NCBI RefSeq assembly: GCF_036321535.1
Contig: NC_087447.1
Span: 42,968,001-43,032,000, forward strand
DNA: 64,000 nt
Source: Camelus dromedarius
Taxonomy: Eukaryota
Direction: 5' to 3'
Shown here: positions 39,255 to 54,823 of the stretch, piece after piece
Position numbering within the stretch: the first letter of the stretch is position 1
Layout of the letters: each line of letters starts with the position of its first letter
Made by a program: the position numbers and the translations under genes
The notes under the pieces: model-generated
The model's database searches: none
What the model was told of the DNA's origin: nothing
Seen by the model: the letters and a program-made list of their open reading frames with translations, nothing else

Positions 39255-40560
39255 TTGGCTCTTTATCATCAGTGTTAACCAATTTGATTATGTTGTGCTT
39301 TCGTATAGTTATCTTCATGTTTCTTGTGCCTGGGGTCCATGGAGCTTCTTGGATCTGTGAGTTTATGGTTTTCATCAAATTTAGGAACTTTTTGACCCTT
39401 ATTTCTTTGAATATTTTTCCTGCCTTCTCCCACTTTTGGGGATTCCAAGTACACAAGAGATCTCTTGATATTGTCCAAAACATACTGATGCTGTATTCAT
39501 TTTTTCCAATCTTTTTCTCTCTCTTTGTTTAATTTAGCATAGTTTCTATTGTGATATCTTCAGATTCAGTAATCTCTTTTTCTGTAACATTGTGTGTGCT
39601 GTTTATCTCGTCCAATGGAAATTTGATTTGGATCATTTTTATGTCTTCCATTTTTCTACTTAATATGCTCGCTATTTCCTCCTCCTTCTTAAATATAGTT
39701 GTAATAACTTTTAATGTCCTTTTCTATTAATTCTACCATGTGTGCCAGTTCTAGATCAGCTTTAATTGATTGATTTTTCCCTCTTCATTATGGGTTATGT
39801 TTTCCTGCTTCTTTTTATGCCTGTTAATTTTTGATTGGATGCTGGCTATTTTTTGATATTCTTAGTATTCTTGAGCTTTATTCTAGGACATAGTTAAGTT
39901 ATTTGGAAATAGTTTGATACTTTTGAAGCTTACTTTAAGCTTTGTTAGGTGGTGCCAGAGCAGTTTTTGGTCCAGGGCTAATTTTTCCCCTTAATGAGGT
40001 TAGATCCTTTTGAGTACTCTACCTGATGCCCCATGAATTATGAGATTTCCCAGTCTGGCTGATGGGAATATAAACTCTTCCTGGCCACATGTAAGCTCCA
40101 GGGATTATTTCTTCTGTTCTTTTTGCATAGTTCTGTTCCCAGTTTTGGTTAGTTCCTTCATATATATGCGCTAATTGGTGCTTTGCTGAAGGGTTGAGGG
40201 GGTCCATCTGCAAATCAATGGAGCTTTCTCTGTGCACAGCTCTCTCTTCTTCGGTGCTCCTCCCTGTGACTTTCCATTGTCTTGGCCTTCCTGGTCTCCC
40301 AGTGCCATCTCAGCTCATGTAGACTGCTGGACTCTGCTTGGTTTCCTTCTCCCTTCTCTGTGGCCTGGAAACTCTCTCTAGACAGCAAGCTAGGTTACTC
40401 ATGGGATTTACCCCAGCGGTTCCCCCATCTCAGGGATCACTGCCCTATGTTGCCTGGTATCTAGTGTCTGAAAGTTATTTTATATATTTTGTCCATTTCT
40501 GAAATTGTTTCAGGAGGGAGGGTAAGTCTGGTCTGTTACTTCATCTGGGGCATGAGTAGG
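39255..40560 (-). mobile_element. Old L1M 5'UTR/ORF1 fragment
   Basis: ORF 39235-39483(-) EKIFKEI-like..NLMKTINSQIQEA..HNIIKL is ORF1-like. Confidence 0.7.
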
Positions 40561-41560
40561 AGCCCAAATCTAGAATAATTTGAAGGCAAAGGAAACCATC
40601 ATCTGTGATTTTCTTTTTTATGTATTGTTTGCCCTGATTCACATAGATCAGGTCTGCCTTTCTACCTCCCCAACTCACACAAATACCTAGACCTTCCACT
40701 GAAGCCATCTTAAGGATTAATGGAAATTGTCACCTGACTGGTTAGGCCAAGGTAGTAATACTGATCATCCAGTTTGACTATGTTATGGTTTCTTATGAGT
40801 CCAAGTGTTCTCCAGGTCTACATAAGTTTTCTAAAAATTATAGAAAGACTTGTAGAAAATTCTAGTTGATATAACTTTTATCAACTTACATATTTTAAAT
40901 TGACATCAGTTTAAACTGTAAGCACTGCTAAAGTAACTTTGCCCTCCAAATAGTATGCTTACCATTTCATTTCATGATCCCTACAGTGCTGTCAATGGGA
41001 AAAAAATATAACCTAGTTCAAAAGCTTATTTATGTGCTAGATTTTGCAGAATTCTGAAGTTACTTTTGAAATTCTAAAGCATCCTGAGGTTTAGTGAATC
41101 AGAATTTTGACTATAGGAAGAAAGACCGTTGTTAGCCTTCTCCTCCTGTTTTCATGCTTGCTGACTGAAAACAGAAGTTGTACACAGAAGTGATGGGAAT
41201 AGAATAGGATCAGATCCAAGAATCTTAAAAACAACAATGGCAATATCGTGGCATAGGTTAGAATGGAGACATGGAGGGTAGTCTGTGTCTGAAGAGCAGT
41301 AGGTATGAAAAAGATGTGCATTTTAGTTGACTGTGAACCTTTTTGACTCAATGTGACTTGGCTGTTGGAATACCTCAAGTGATCCTAATACATATCTACT
41401 GGAACAGCAAATATGAAAGAGACAATTCACCTGTGGCTTTTTACCACTTATACCAGTTAGTCACTAAGTCCCACTGTGTCTCCCTCCGAGGTATTTTTCA
41501 CACCTTTTCCTTCCCCCCTTCTTGTCTCCATTCAGTGCCTCATATCCACCCTTGTATAAA

Positions 41561-41857
41561 CAGGGGTCAGCCTACTACAGCAAGTGAACCAACAGGTTTT
41601 TTATGGCCTGTAAGCTATGTTTTTTACATTTTTAAATGGTTGGAAACATGTGAAAGAGTAATATTTCATGACATGTGGAAATTATATGAAACTTAAATTT
41701 CAAAGTTCATAAATAAAGTTTTGTGGTATTGTTTAGGGATACCTTCATGCTATAATAGCAAAGTTGAGTGGTTGCAGAAGAGATTGCATGGCCCGCAAAG
41801 CCGAAAATATTTGCTGTCTGGATCTGGCCTTTACAGAAAAAAGTTTGCTGAGCCCTG
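41561..41857. mobile_element. MER58B-like hAT-Charlie element
   Basis: caggggtcagc...ggcccgcaaagccgaaaatattt...ctttacagaaaaaagtttgctgagccctg; terminal inverted repeats. Confidence 0.8.
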
Positions 41858-42119
41858 CTCTAAACTACTGTTGGAGTGTTCATTTAGAAATGCACAATTG
41901 ATGTTAGCACATATCTTTCTCCCCACTCCAGACATCAGCTTAAGGATCGTCAGTGACTCCTTTCTGCATATGGGGGGAAAATCCAGATTCCTTTGTGTGA
42001 CATCCCAGACTCTTTACAATCTGGCTCCAACCTCTTTTTTCTGGCCTCCCCCCTCACCACTCCACTCTTCTCTGACTTACCAAACTCCCGATTCTAGTAA
42101 CACTGAGATATTGATGATT

Positions 42120-42273
42120 CTTTTTGTTTGTTTGTTTTGTTTTGTTTTTTTGTGGGAGAGGGGTTAGATAATTAAGTTTATTTATTTATTTTCCAGTGGA
42201 GGTACTGGGAATTGAACCCAGGACCTTATGCATGCTAAACACACACTCCACCACTGAGCTATACCTTCCCCCC
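42120..42273 (-). mobile_element. tRNA-Ala-derived camelid SINE
   Basis: Same consensus as 19573-19713 with (TTTG)n tail. Confidence 0.87.
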
Positions 42274-42705
42274 AATATTAGCTATTCCTTAACTGCCAGT
42301 ACTGTTTCAAGCTGGGAAGTCTTTGAAAATGCCATGTGCTCTGCCTGTTCTTGCCCACATTCTCTACCTACAAATCCTCCTCAGGCATCCAGGGCTGCCT
42401 GTAATGTCGCCTCCTCAGCGAGCATGCTTCAGGCAGAGGCTCCCCTCCTTGGTAGCCTCGTGGCATTCTGGGCATTCCTCTTCTCTTAGTACGTATCACC
42501 TGGTATTATAATTGTGACTATATTCTGAGCTCCTTGAGGGTAAAGACTATGTTCCTCTCATATCCTGCATAGTATCTTGTACGTAACAAGATTAAATTAA
42601 AATTAAAATTAAAACCATATTTTTACTATATATATACAATATGTAACATTTCAAAGATCCCAAACTAAAACTCTGTGTTGTCTCTCTCTCGCTTTAAACA
42701 TATAA

Positions 42706-42906
<201 letters not shown>

Positions 42907-43218
42907 TAAGAGTAATTGTATTCAGGATTCATAGTCACAGAAATAATGCCTCCTAATATATATTTGGAAGATTTTATTTTAAAAATTAAAAGTTTTTCTT
43001 TTTAACTTTGTAAATATATTTTAATTAGAAACAAGGCAGGTATACAATTACATTGTATACAAACAAGGATGACATTATGAACATTTCTGTCCAACAGTTG
43101 GAAAATAAGCTTAAGTATCAAAGCAGAAGTAGAAAAATCAATAATAAAAGTGAAATTTCTAAAAGTACTTATATCTTAATAAGAACATTAAAAATCTATA
43201 TATTCTAGGCATTTAAAT

Positions 43219-43521
43219 TTTTTTTAGACTTAATTATTAGAACAGTTTTAGATTCAAAGCAAAACTGAGCAGAAGTTACAGAGATTTCCCAGATACCTTC
43301 TGCCCGCACCTGCACATCCTCCCCCATGATCAGCAGCCCCCACCAGAGCAGTAGGTTAGTTACAATCGATGAACCTACACTGACACGTCATCATTACCCA
43401 AAATCCGTAGTCTGCGTCAGGGTTCACTCGTGTTGTACATTCTGTGGGTTTGGATAAATGTGTAACAACACGTATCCACCACTATAATATCATACAGAAT
43501 CATTTCACTACTTTAAAATCC
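43219..43521 (-). mobile_element. L1MC1-like 3' end
   Basis: gttacaatcgatgaacctacactgacacgtcat...agggttcactc motif; possible TSD cattt(a/g)aat. Confidence 0.75.
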
Positions 43522-44969
43522 ACATTTGAATATCATTCTAATTATTTGAATTGCTTTACTGTTCTCTGGTGTTGCTGCTGCTGTTTTTCCTCACACTCCT
43601 CCTTTTTTTCCTTCAACGTTAGTTTGGCTCACATGTAACTTTAGAAACATCTCATTTTACAGACAAGAAAAGACTTTGTTTCAGAAAGGTGAAGTGACAT
43701 GGTTAGGTGTAGTAGAGCTGGTCCTGGGACCTGGGGATTCGTTTAGCAGATATTTCCTGAGCAGCTCCTGCATTGTGTCTAGTCCCAGAGTTACAGATTA
43801 AAAGACAGGGCCCCTGCCCCTCAGGGAAATTATCGGAGATTGAGTACCGAAAACAAACTGTAATGTGACGTGGTCATTTCTCTTGTGGAGAACTGTATAA
43901 AGTGCAGGGAGCAAAGGCGTATGAAGTGCCTCATTTGATGTGGAAAGTCAGGGAAGAATTCACAGAGGAAGCAAAACTTGAATTGAGGAACACAAACTCT
44001 GACAAAAAAGGGAGGCCTTTCCAGGCAGAGGGCAACAATTCTTGCAAGGACAGGAAAGCAGAGGCTTAATACTACGCTAATGTCAATTCTCCCACATTAA
44101 GCTATAAATTCAGTATAGTTCCAAACAAAATCTTAACAGAATTTTTCACAGAACTTGATAGAACTATCCTGAAATGAGTGAGAATAGTAAAGAAAATGAT
44201 GGAAAAGAGGAATGATGGAGGCAGCAGAGAGACTTGGCCTGCCAAGAGTGAAGACATATTATAAAATTATATTAATTAAAATTGTGTAGTATCTATGTAA
44301 GAAGAGATAAACAGAGCAATAGAAACAAGAACAATCCCCAAAACACAGGCTGGGACTGTGTAAGGGAACCGTAAATGGTTAGGTATTGTTGCCAGTCCAG
44401 GGCTCATTTGACTGCATGTCTTTAGAAATTATGCATATAACTTTTTAAATTTAGGGAAATTGCTGCTATGGATGATGAACTGTATCAGTCACTTGCAAAG
44501 GGAGGATTTGGTACATGAAAGTATTTGCATGTACATAAAAATCCTACCTGAGCTCCGACATGTGCAACTAGAGATTTTGTATTTCAAGGATTTGGGGGTT
44601 TTAACATAGAAAGAGAAAGAAAGTGGTACTGAAGTTGTAGAAAAATATACTGAAATAAGTGTAGTTTGTATACAGGTAGCCATGTTGCATATGTTAAGCA
44701 TTTATATTGGCCATGACATATGCATAGAAGTGAAGAAGTCATCCTTTATTTGAGGACCTGGAGACATACGAAATGGTCCTGGGCTTGTAACGACGTGTCC
44801 CCCTCCTCTTGGGAATGCCTAACCTTGGACAGGAGCCTCTTCCACCCTCACCAGACCACTGGTCACGAAGGGCAGCCAGTTGGAGTAGCAAATGTTTGGG
44901 GAGAGGTGAGGGAGCAAAGATAATGGCTCTTTGAGGTTAGAAATGTAGAGAAAAGGGATTTAAATATAA

Positions 44970-45218
<249 letters not shown>

Positions 45219-47046
45219 TAGAAATGGTGGTAAATATTTGCCTATAAACAGTTTGATAGCAAAGTGGCAAAGTACATCCTCTTTTTAGATACTCTGGGAA
45301 GCTTTTAAACAGCCAAAAATAAGTGGCTTGTGCTAAAAAAATTAAAATTTCACCAAAAGAGGTTGTAACTGACAAGAATAATTTTACAAGTTAGGTGCTG
45401 CTATTGAAGTTTTTAAGTACATATTCACTTGAATAGTTCTAAATCATTAGTTAATAGCAAACAAACAGATGCTCTGAATTCTAATTAATTTCAAAATTAT
45501 GCCTGGTAATTGGATGTGAATGTGTTACAGATTTAGAAAAAAACGCACCTTGGCTGTGCTTTTGATACTAAATTAATGCTAAAGTCTGTATTTCTCATTG
45601 AAAAATTTCCTGGGTATTAATATTTATGTCCTAAGCACAATTAATGTGTCAGGTATTTATTCTTGAGGATTTTATTCAAATTAAGCATCCCTTAAGTGTC
45701 AAATAAATGATAAGATATATTATTTATTACTTAGCACTTTAATAGTGGCTGCTTTCAAAATATGTGAATGTGTTAATTTGGGAATAAAATGTTATCTGTG
45801 AATAACTCAGTCTGTTGCAGTTATAACACAAATAGATTTAACGCATTGCTGTTTTATCCAAGTAAATGTTCATAAATATTTCCATTGTACACTCTGTGAG
45901 GGCAGGATTTCTATATGTCTTAATCCTTGTTGGTACCTGGAGTTGTGCCTGAAACATAGTATATGCTCAATTAATATTTGGTGCATGAAGGAATAAATGC
46001 TCTCCAAAGAACTGAAATGGATCATGAAAGCTTTTGTATATTTGGTATTTGAATAGATTTTCTGTGGAGAAAAACGTGTATCATGATGCTCCAAGTAGGA
46101 TCATTGTGAGCACTCCTGGAGAAATTTACCAAACTCTTTAGAAAAATAGTGATATCACATGTTGATAGGAACATTTTCTTACTCCATAAGGCACAGGAAA
46201 CTTTGTATTCAGTGAGTGTGGACTAAGAGCCTATCTTTGGTTGTATGATCAATAAATGTGTTTTTCTGCTTTCAGCCCAAGGCTGTTCCAACTTGGGAGA
46301 CAAGACCAAGGGCACACACTGAATATTTAATAACCAGATGTTTAATGACCAAGATTTAGAACCGAGCAGAAAGACTGCAGTTGCAGCAGTAGGCCTCCTG
46401 TGTATTTGTAGTTATATTGTGGTTTTTTTTTTCCCTGTTAATTTGCTTCTCGCAGTTTTAAATAGTGTAGTAATTGTTTTAATTAGTATACTTTAGAAAC
46501 ACAAAGGAAATAATAGTAAAGGAAAGATAGCATTTACTGGAGATAATGTTTTATAAATAATTATAAGAGGGGGGAGTTTCTGTGAGTGCAGATAATGATT
46601 TGCATTTGTAACAGTGCTTTAAACTGGAACGTAGCTAGAGCATCAGAAAAATAGATGATAAACGCACTACGGCCAGAATGTATTTTACAATGAAAGAACT
46701 TTTTAGAAATAACTTTTTTACTCGAAGAAAAGTTAAATGCCTTCTTGCAAGATGCAACTTCCTCTGTGGAATTGGTGAATTTAATTAGAAGGTATGAAAG
46801 ATTCAAAACCGTGGGTGTTTTCTCAGGATTTGAGAAACCAAACTTCTCTTTACCAAGTTTCTTCTTCACAGAGAGGAAGGGTTGTGGAGGGAGTGCAAGG
46901 TCCTTATTAGTAATACAAGTAAAGCCTCTCCATCCTGAAGAATCCCCGAATTCAATGCAATACAGTGTGGTGAAAATCGTATTTGCAGAATGAATGAGCT
47001 CTGGGACCTAAAACAGTCCTCTGACTGTCTGAGTTTCTTCTGGTAG

Positions 47047-47136
<90 letters not shown>

Positions 47137-47534
47137 TGAGTAGATTTAGAGTGATTTGTTTTTCTATATGAAAAAGTAGAACAACTAATGTCGATGAAAA
47201 CTGGAGCAATTTGGTTTTGCATCATGACTTAATGGCCCTGCTCAAGCTACCTTTTCTTAGGTCGCAGCATTTTAGTTGGTAGTATTATTTCTCATAGTTC
47301 TTATTTTCAACGGTTACAGTTTTTATTTTTCTCTGAGCTCTTCTTAGAGTTGTTGATGTCTCTTAGGTAACCATACACCCAAACTTAAATATTGTTTTGT
47401 TAATTCATGCTAAAATCGTGTGCGTGTTTTGCTTCTTTCCGTTTTTATCCAATTTCATTGCCATCAAGTAGTTTTTCAGAAAGAATACTAATTAAATATA
47501 TTTTATAAACAGTTTCCTATTTTTCTAAATGTGA

Positions 47535-48500
47535 TTTTTAACAGCTTTCCTGAAGTATAATTAAAATATTGCAAAAAATACACCATTCAGTGATTTTTCA
47601 TGTATTCACAGAGTTGTGTAATATCACCACAATCCAATTTTAGAACAGTTCTACCCCAAAAAGTTGCCTCGTGCCCATTTTTGCCCAATCTCAATCCCAT
47701 CCAAGCCCCAGGAAACCACTAGTCTTTTTGTCTCTTGATTTACTGTTCCTGGACATTTCATATAAATGGGATCAGACAAGTTGTAGTCTTATAGGTCTGG
47801 CTTCTTTCACTTAGCATAGTTTTTGAGGTACATCCTTGTTGTAGCCCATACCTGTAGGCTGTTCCTTTACATTGCTGAGCAGCTGTCCATTGTACGGATG
47901 TGTGCCACACTTTCACCTGTTTATTAGCTGATGGGCATGTGGATAGTTTCTAGTTTGAGGCTAATATGAATCATGCTGCTATGAACATTCATATGCAAGT
48001 TTTTATGTGGACATATGGTTTCATTTTCCTTAGGTAGCTACCTAGAAGTGAAATTGCTGGGTCATACAGTATTATGTTTAATTTTTTTAAGAAACTGCCA
48101 ATTTTCTGAAGTAGTTCTAACATTTTACCTTCCCACTAACAATGTATGAGGGGTCCAATTTCTTCACATCCTTGCCTAATGCTCGATATTATCTATCTTT
48201 TTAATTATAGCTGTTCTAGTGCTTATGAAGTAGTATTTTCACTGTGGTTTTTAATTTGCATTACTTTAATGACCAACGATGTTGAGCATCTCTTCATGTG
48301 CGTATTAGTCATTCATGTATCTTCTCTGGTGAAGTGTCTGTTCAAATCTGTACCTGTTGAGATGATCATATTTTTTTCTCTTTAAATTTATTAATGAAAT
48401 AGTTACATAAATAGATTTTAAAAGTGTTGAACCATCCTTGTAGTTTTGGATTAAACCTCACTTGGTTTAATATACTGCTGTGTTCAGTTTGTCCCCGCTT
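47535..48500 (-). mobile_element. L1MB-type 3' region
   Basis: ctggacatttcatataaatgg, ctttcacttagcat, gatgttgagcatctcttcatgtg motifs. Confidence 0.75.
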
Positions 48501-49885
48501 TATTTAGGAACTTTGAATGTAGCTTTCTTTCTTTTGTGCTACCCTTGTCTTTTTTAATGTTAGGGTTATAGTATCCTCATTTTAAAAATAAAATATTTTT
48601 AATCATCTGTTCATTAATTGTTTGATGAAACTTCCCCTTAAAATGTTTCATTCCTGGCACCCTTTGGGGGATAAAGTTTCTATTATATTTTCAATTTATA
48701 TTAGGTTATTCAAGTTTTTCACATCTTGAATCATTTTGATAATTTATGATTTTCTAGAAAATGATTCATTACATTAAGATTTTAAGTTTTATTGGCATAA
48801 AGATACATATTATGTTCACTTGTAATTCTCAAATCTGTGGGTATATCTCCCTATGAATTCCTCATATTTATTAGGGAGCAATATAATGTAATATTAGCAA
48901 TCTGGCCTCTGACATCACTTGGCTAACTCAGGATTCCAGCTCTGCCGCTTGCTTTCTGCTTAACCTTGGGCAAACTGCTTTTGTCACAGTTTCTACTTCT
49001 GTATAATAGGGATTATATCTCCCTCTAGCAAAAAATATTTGGGGGCCTACTTTGTGTCAGACACTGGTCTAGGTATTGGGAACACAACAGAGAACAAAAC
49101 ATAAAAATGTTATATTGATACAAATATTAAACAAGGTAAAAATATCTGGTATATTAGAAGTGCTAAGGAAGAAAAATAAAGCAGGGAAAGGGAGAGGATG
49201 TGTTTACGATGATAATAATAATATCTTTTTTACTAGGTTGACATGGGAATTAAATGGGAAAATATGCATAAAGTGCTTAGCACCATACCTAGCACTTAGT
49301 GCTCAACTTTATTTCTTGTAATAATACTACTCATTTTTCTCTTGATCAAATTTTTTAGTGGTTAAGACAATTTATTGGGCTTTCAAAACACCAGCTCAAG
49401 TCTAGTGTTATTTGATTTGCTTTTTCATTAATTTCTGCTTTTATCTTTCTGAATTCCCTCTTTCTGTCTTCTTTTCATTTATTTTTGAAATTCCTAAGCT
49501 AAATGCTTATTTATTTTCAGTCTTCTTATTTTCTCATAAATGCATTTAAGGCCATTTATTTTCTTCTGAGTACTTCTTTGACCGTTTCTTTTGCTATACA
49601 GTGTTCTTTATTCATTTCTTATTTGTGTATAATTTTAGTTTTAGTCTTCTTCTTTAATCCAAAAATTTTTAGAGGTGCTTTTAAAATTTTCCAGGTGGTT
49701 CAGATGTGTTTGATGCTCATGTGAATGTGTGTTAATTTGTCTAGCCTTTTGGTTTTTTTGTTTAGTTTTCTTCTTTATACTAGGCAATTGTGACTTGAAG
49801 GTTTTCAACTTTTAGGAATTTTCACTGTGATTGAACACTGATTAGTTTTTTGCAAATGTTACATTGAATAATTAAAAAGCACGTA

Positions 49886-50227
49886 CAGTTAGCCGTCTGT
49901 GTCTGTGGGTTTTGCATCTGCAGTTTCAACCAACCACAGATCGAAAATATTTGAGAAAAAATTTCAAAAGTTTCTAAAAAGCAAATCTTGAATTTGCCAC
50001 ACAGTGGCAACTATTTATACAGCATTTATGTTGTATTAGGTATCATAAGTAATCTAGAGATGATTTAAAGTATATGGGAGGATATACATAGGTTATGTGC
50101 AAATACTAAGCCAATTTGTATAAGGGACTTAAGCATCCATGAATTTTGGTATCTGACGGGTGTCGGGGCTAAGGGGGTAGGATCTGTGTCCTCAAACCAA
50201 TCCACCACAGAAATCGGGGGACAACTG
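49886..50227. mobile_element. MER2 (TcMar-Tigger), full length
   Basis: TA|cagtt...caactg|TA termini, 342 bp; caaccaaccacagatcgaaaatatt and gtaatctagagatgatttaaagtata motifs. Confidence 0.88.
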
Positions 50228-50320
50228 TATATTCCTGGTTTGCTGAGCATAAAAATTTTCATATGTGTGTGCTTATAAAATCAAATGTGATACCTTTGTG
50301 ATTCAGATTTTCCATATTGT

Positions 50321-53300
50321 TAATTAATTTCATTGAAATATAGTTGATGTACAATATTATGTTAGTTTCAGATACACTACACAGTGATTTGACATTTGCA
50401 TACATTATGAGATGATCACCACAATAAGTCTAGCAACCATCTGTCCCATACAAAGTTATTGCAGTATTATTGATCATATTTCATATGCTGCATGTTACAT
50501 TCCTGTAGTTTATTTAGTTTAAACTGGAGGCTTGTACCTCTTAATCCCCTTCACTTATTTTGCCCCCCACCCTCCTGGCAACCACCTGTTTGTTCTCTAT
50601 GTTTATGAACCTGTGTCCATTTTGTATTATACTGTTTGTTTTGTTTTTTAGATTCCATATATAAGTAAGATCATATGGTATTTGTCTTTCTCTTTCTGGC
50701 TTATTTCACTTAGCATAATACCCTCAGGAACCATCTGTGTTCTTGCAAATGGCAAGATTTCATTTTTTATGACTAAGTAACATTCCATTGTGTATGTAAA
50801 TCACATCTTCTTTATCCATTTATCTATCAGTGGGCACTTAGGTTCCTTCTGTATCTTGGCTATTGTAAATAATGCTGCAGTGAACATAGGGGTGCAGACA
50901 TCTCTTCAAATTCTTATTTTTTCCAGAAAAATACCCTTAAGTAGAATTGCTGGATTATATGGCAGTTTTATTTTTAATTTTTTGAGGAACTTTTGTACTG
51001 TTTTCCATAGTGGCTGGACCAATTTAACTTTCCCACCAATAGTGCACAAAGGTTCCCTTTGCTCTACATCCTTGTTAACACCTGTTATTTGTTGTCTTTT
51101 TGACGATAGCCATTCTGATAGGGGTGAGGTGGCATCTCATTGTGGTTCTGATTTGCATTTCTCTGATACTTAGCAATGTTGAACATCTTTTCATGTGCCT
51201 GTTGGCCATCTATGTCTTCTTTGGAAAAATGTCTATTCAAGTCTTCTGCCCATTTTTAAGTCAGGTTGTTTGGTTTTTTGATGTTGAATTGTATGAGTTC
51301 TTTGTGTATTTTGAATTAACCATTATCAGATATATCACTTGCAAATATCTTTTCTCACTTAATAGGTGGCCTTTTCATTTTGTTGAATAGTTATCTTCTC
51401 TGTGCAAAAGATTTTAAATTTGTTATAGTCTCATTTGTTTATTTTTGATTTTGTTCCCTTGCTTGAGGAGACATATCCAAAAATATTGCTAAAGACTGAT
51501 GTCAAAGAGTGTACTGCCTATGTTTTCTTCTAGGAGTTTTATGGTTTCAGGTCTTATATGTAAGTCTTTAATCCATTTTGAGAGTCTTTAAATTGTATAT
51601 GGTATGAGAAAGTGGTCCACTTTGATTCTTTTGCATGTAGCTGTCCAGTTTTTCCAACACCATTTATTGAAGAGACTATCATTTCTCCATTGTATATTCT
51701 TGCCTCTCTAGCATAGATTAATTGACCATATAAGTGTGGGTTCACTTCTGGACTCTCTATTCTGCTCCATTGATCTATGTGTCTGTTTTGCACCAGTATT
51801 ATACTGTTTTGATTACTGTAGCTTTGTAGTAAAGTATGAAACCAAGGAACATGATACCTCTAGCTCTGTTCTTTCTCAAGATTGTTTTGACTATTCAGGG
51901 TCTTTTGTGTTTTTGTACACATTTTAGAATTATTTGTTCTAGTCTGTGAAAAATGCCATTGGTATTTTGATAGGGATTGCACTGAATCTCTAGATTGCCT
52001 TGGGTAGTATGGTCATTTTAACAATATTAATTCTTCCAGTCTGTGGATGTGTTGTATCTTTCCATCTGTTTGTGTTGTCTTCAGTTTCTTTCATCATTGT
52101 CTTACAGTTTTCTCCTTGGTTAGATTTATTCCTAGGTATTTATTCTTTTAGATGCAGTTGTAAATGGGATTGTTTTCTTAATTTCTTTTTCTGATAGTTT
52201 GTTGTTAATGTATAGAAATGCAATAGATTATCTGTATTTTAATTCTATAGCCTGCAACTTTACTGAATTCATTTATTCCAATAGTTCTTTGGTGGCATCT
52301 TTAGGATTTTCTGAGTATAATATCATGTCAGTTGTAAACAGTGACAGTTTATTTCTTCATTTCCAATTTGGATTTTTTTTATTTCTTTTTCTTTTCTGAT
52401 TACTGTGGCTAGGACTTCCAATACTATACTGAATAAAAGTGGTGAGAGTAGGCATCCTTGTCTTGTTCCTGCTCTTAGAAGTTATGCTTTCAGCTTTTCA
52501 CCAGGTATGATGTTGGCTGTAGGTTTGTCATTATGGCCTTTATTATGTTGAGGTATGTTCTTTCTATATCTGCTTTCTGAAGAGGTTTTTTATCTATCAT
52601 AAACAGATATTGAATTTTGCCAAAAGCTTTTTCTGCATCTATTGAGATGATCATATGATTTTTATCCTTCAATTTGTTAATGTGGTGTAGCACATTGATT
52701 AATTTCAAGGTATTGAACCATCCCTGAGTTTCTGGGCTAAATCCCACTCAGTTGTGTTGTATGATTCTTTAAATGTATTGTTGAATTCAGTTTGCTAATA
52801 TTTTGCTGAGGTTTTTTGCATCTGGGTTCATCAATGATACTGTCCTTTAATTTTCTTTTTTTGTGGTGTCTTTGTTTGGTTTTGGTATCAGGGTGATGCC
52901 AGCCTTATAAAATGAGTTTGGAAGTGTTCCTTCTTCTTCAACTTTTTGGAATAGTTTCATTAGGATAGATGTTAACTCTTCTTTAAATGTTTTGTAGAAT
53001 TCACCTGTGAAGCTGTCTGGTCCTGGATTTTTGTTTGTTGGGAGTTTTTTAATTGATTTAATTTCATTACTGGTAACTGGTCTGTTCATATTTTCTATTT
53101 TTTCCTGATTCAGTCTTGGGAGGTTGTACATTTCTAGGAAATTATCCATTCCTTCTAAGTTGTCCATTTTATTGCTGTATAATTGTTCATGTGTTCTTAT
53201 GTTTGTTTGTATTTCTGTAGTGTTGGTTGTAACTTCTCTTTCATTCTGATTTTATTTATTTGTATCTTTTTTCTTGATGAGTCTTGCTAAAAGTTTTTAA

Positions 53301-54823
53301 TTTTTCAAATCTTTTCAAAGAACTAGCTCTTAGTTTCATTGATCTTTTTTATATTTCTTTATAGTCTCTATTTCATTTATTTCCAATCTGCTCTTTATTA
53401 TTTCTTTTCTTCTACTAACTTTGGCTTTTGTTTGCTCTTCTCTTCCTAGTTCCTTTAGGTGTAAGATTAGGTTGTTTGTTTCATATTTTTCTTCTTTCCT
53501 GAAGTAAGAGTTATCACTATAAACTTCCCTCTTGGAACTGCTTTTCTATGTCCCACAGATTTTGGATCATTGTGTTCCCATTTTTCTTTCTCTTTTAGGT
53601 ATTTTTTATTTCCTCTTTGACTTCTTCATTGATCCATTGGTTGTTTAGTAGTATGCTATTTAGACTTCACGTGTTTATGCTTTTTGCAGTTTTTTCTTTT
53701 TCTTTTGCCCAATTCTCTTTGTCTTTTTTTATGTATTGGGTATGTTGGCACATTTTCTGACCTTGGAGAAGTGGCCTTCTATAGGAGATGTGGGGCCCAG
53801 CAGCTGCTCCCCGCTGGTCACTGAAGCTCTGTGCTCTAGGGGTGCCTCCTAAGTGGCCTACACCTTTCTGTTGTTGTGGGGCTGACTACCGTGGGCTCAC
53901 TGGTAGGTGGGACTAGCCCTGGGCCGATTGGCTATGAGGCCGTGCCATGTACAGTGGCTCTGGGCCTGCTAGAAGGTGGATTAGGCTTCTTGTGGGGTTA
54001 ACTGCATGGCCTGGGTAAGTGTGGGGCTGCTGCTGGCCTGCTGCTGGGCAAGGCTGGGTTCCTGCATGGTGATCTGCATGGCAGGGGGTGGGTGTTTGGT
54101 GTTGATGCCAGTCTGCTGGTGGTCGGACCAGGTTTCTGCAATTGTTCCTAGGGCCTTGGTGAGCCTGTTAGTGGTTGGGGCCAGGAACCTGCACTAATAA
54201 GCTGGAGGGAGGAATCCAGAATGGTGCTTGCCAGTCCCAGTCCATGTGGCAGAACGAACTCCCCCACATGGCTACTGCTGGTCCCCAGGGAGAGTCCCAT
54301 CTGCCTCCTGCCTCTCCAGGATGTTCTTTAAGATCAGCAAGTTGGTCTGACCCAGGCTCCTTTCAAACTACTGCCTCTGAGCTGATTCAGAGTGGGTGGG
54401 ATTTTGTGTGCACCCTTAAAGAGCAGAGTCTCTTGTTTCCTGTAGCCCTCCAGCTCTCCTGAGCATAAGTCCTACTGGTTTTCAAAGCCAGGAGTTCTGT
54501 GGGCTCATCTTCCTGGTGCAGGACCCCCAGGCTGGGGAACCCAAAGTAGGGCAAAGACCCCCTCACTCCCTGAGGAAGACCTCTAAAATTGTGGCATTCC
54601 TCCTCTTTGGGGTCGCTGACCTGGGTGCGTAGGTCCTAACTATACATCTCCACCTACACATCTGGTTGTGATTTTCACTTTATGTCTTTAGTTGTGGAAA
54701 TTCTTTTCTGCTAGTCTTCAGGTCATTCTCACAGATAGGTGCTCAGTAAATAGTTGTAATTTTGGTGTGTCCACAGAGGTGATGAATTCAGGATCTTCCT
54801 GCTCCACCATCTGGGTCACCCAG
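50321..54823 (-). mobile_element. 4.5-kb L1: 5'UTR joined to post-endonuclease ORF2 plus 3'UTR (decayed)
   Basis: ORF2 peptides on - strand (e.g. 52847-53167 [27 protein letters not shown]; 52490-52747 [12 protein letters not shown]); GC-rich 5'UTR ~53700-54823; TSD tccatattgt at 50311 and 54824. Confidence 0.88.

Noticed and set aside
53740..54600. GC-rich region as a CpG-island promoter
   Set aside because: CpG-poor and explained as the L1 5'UTR.
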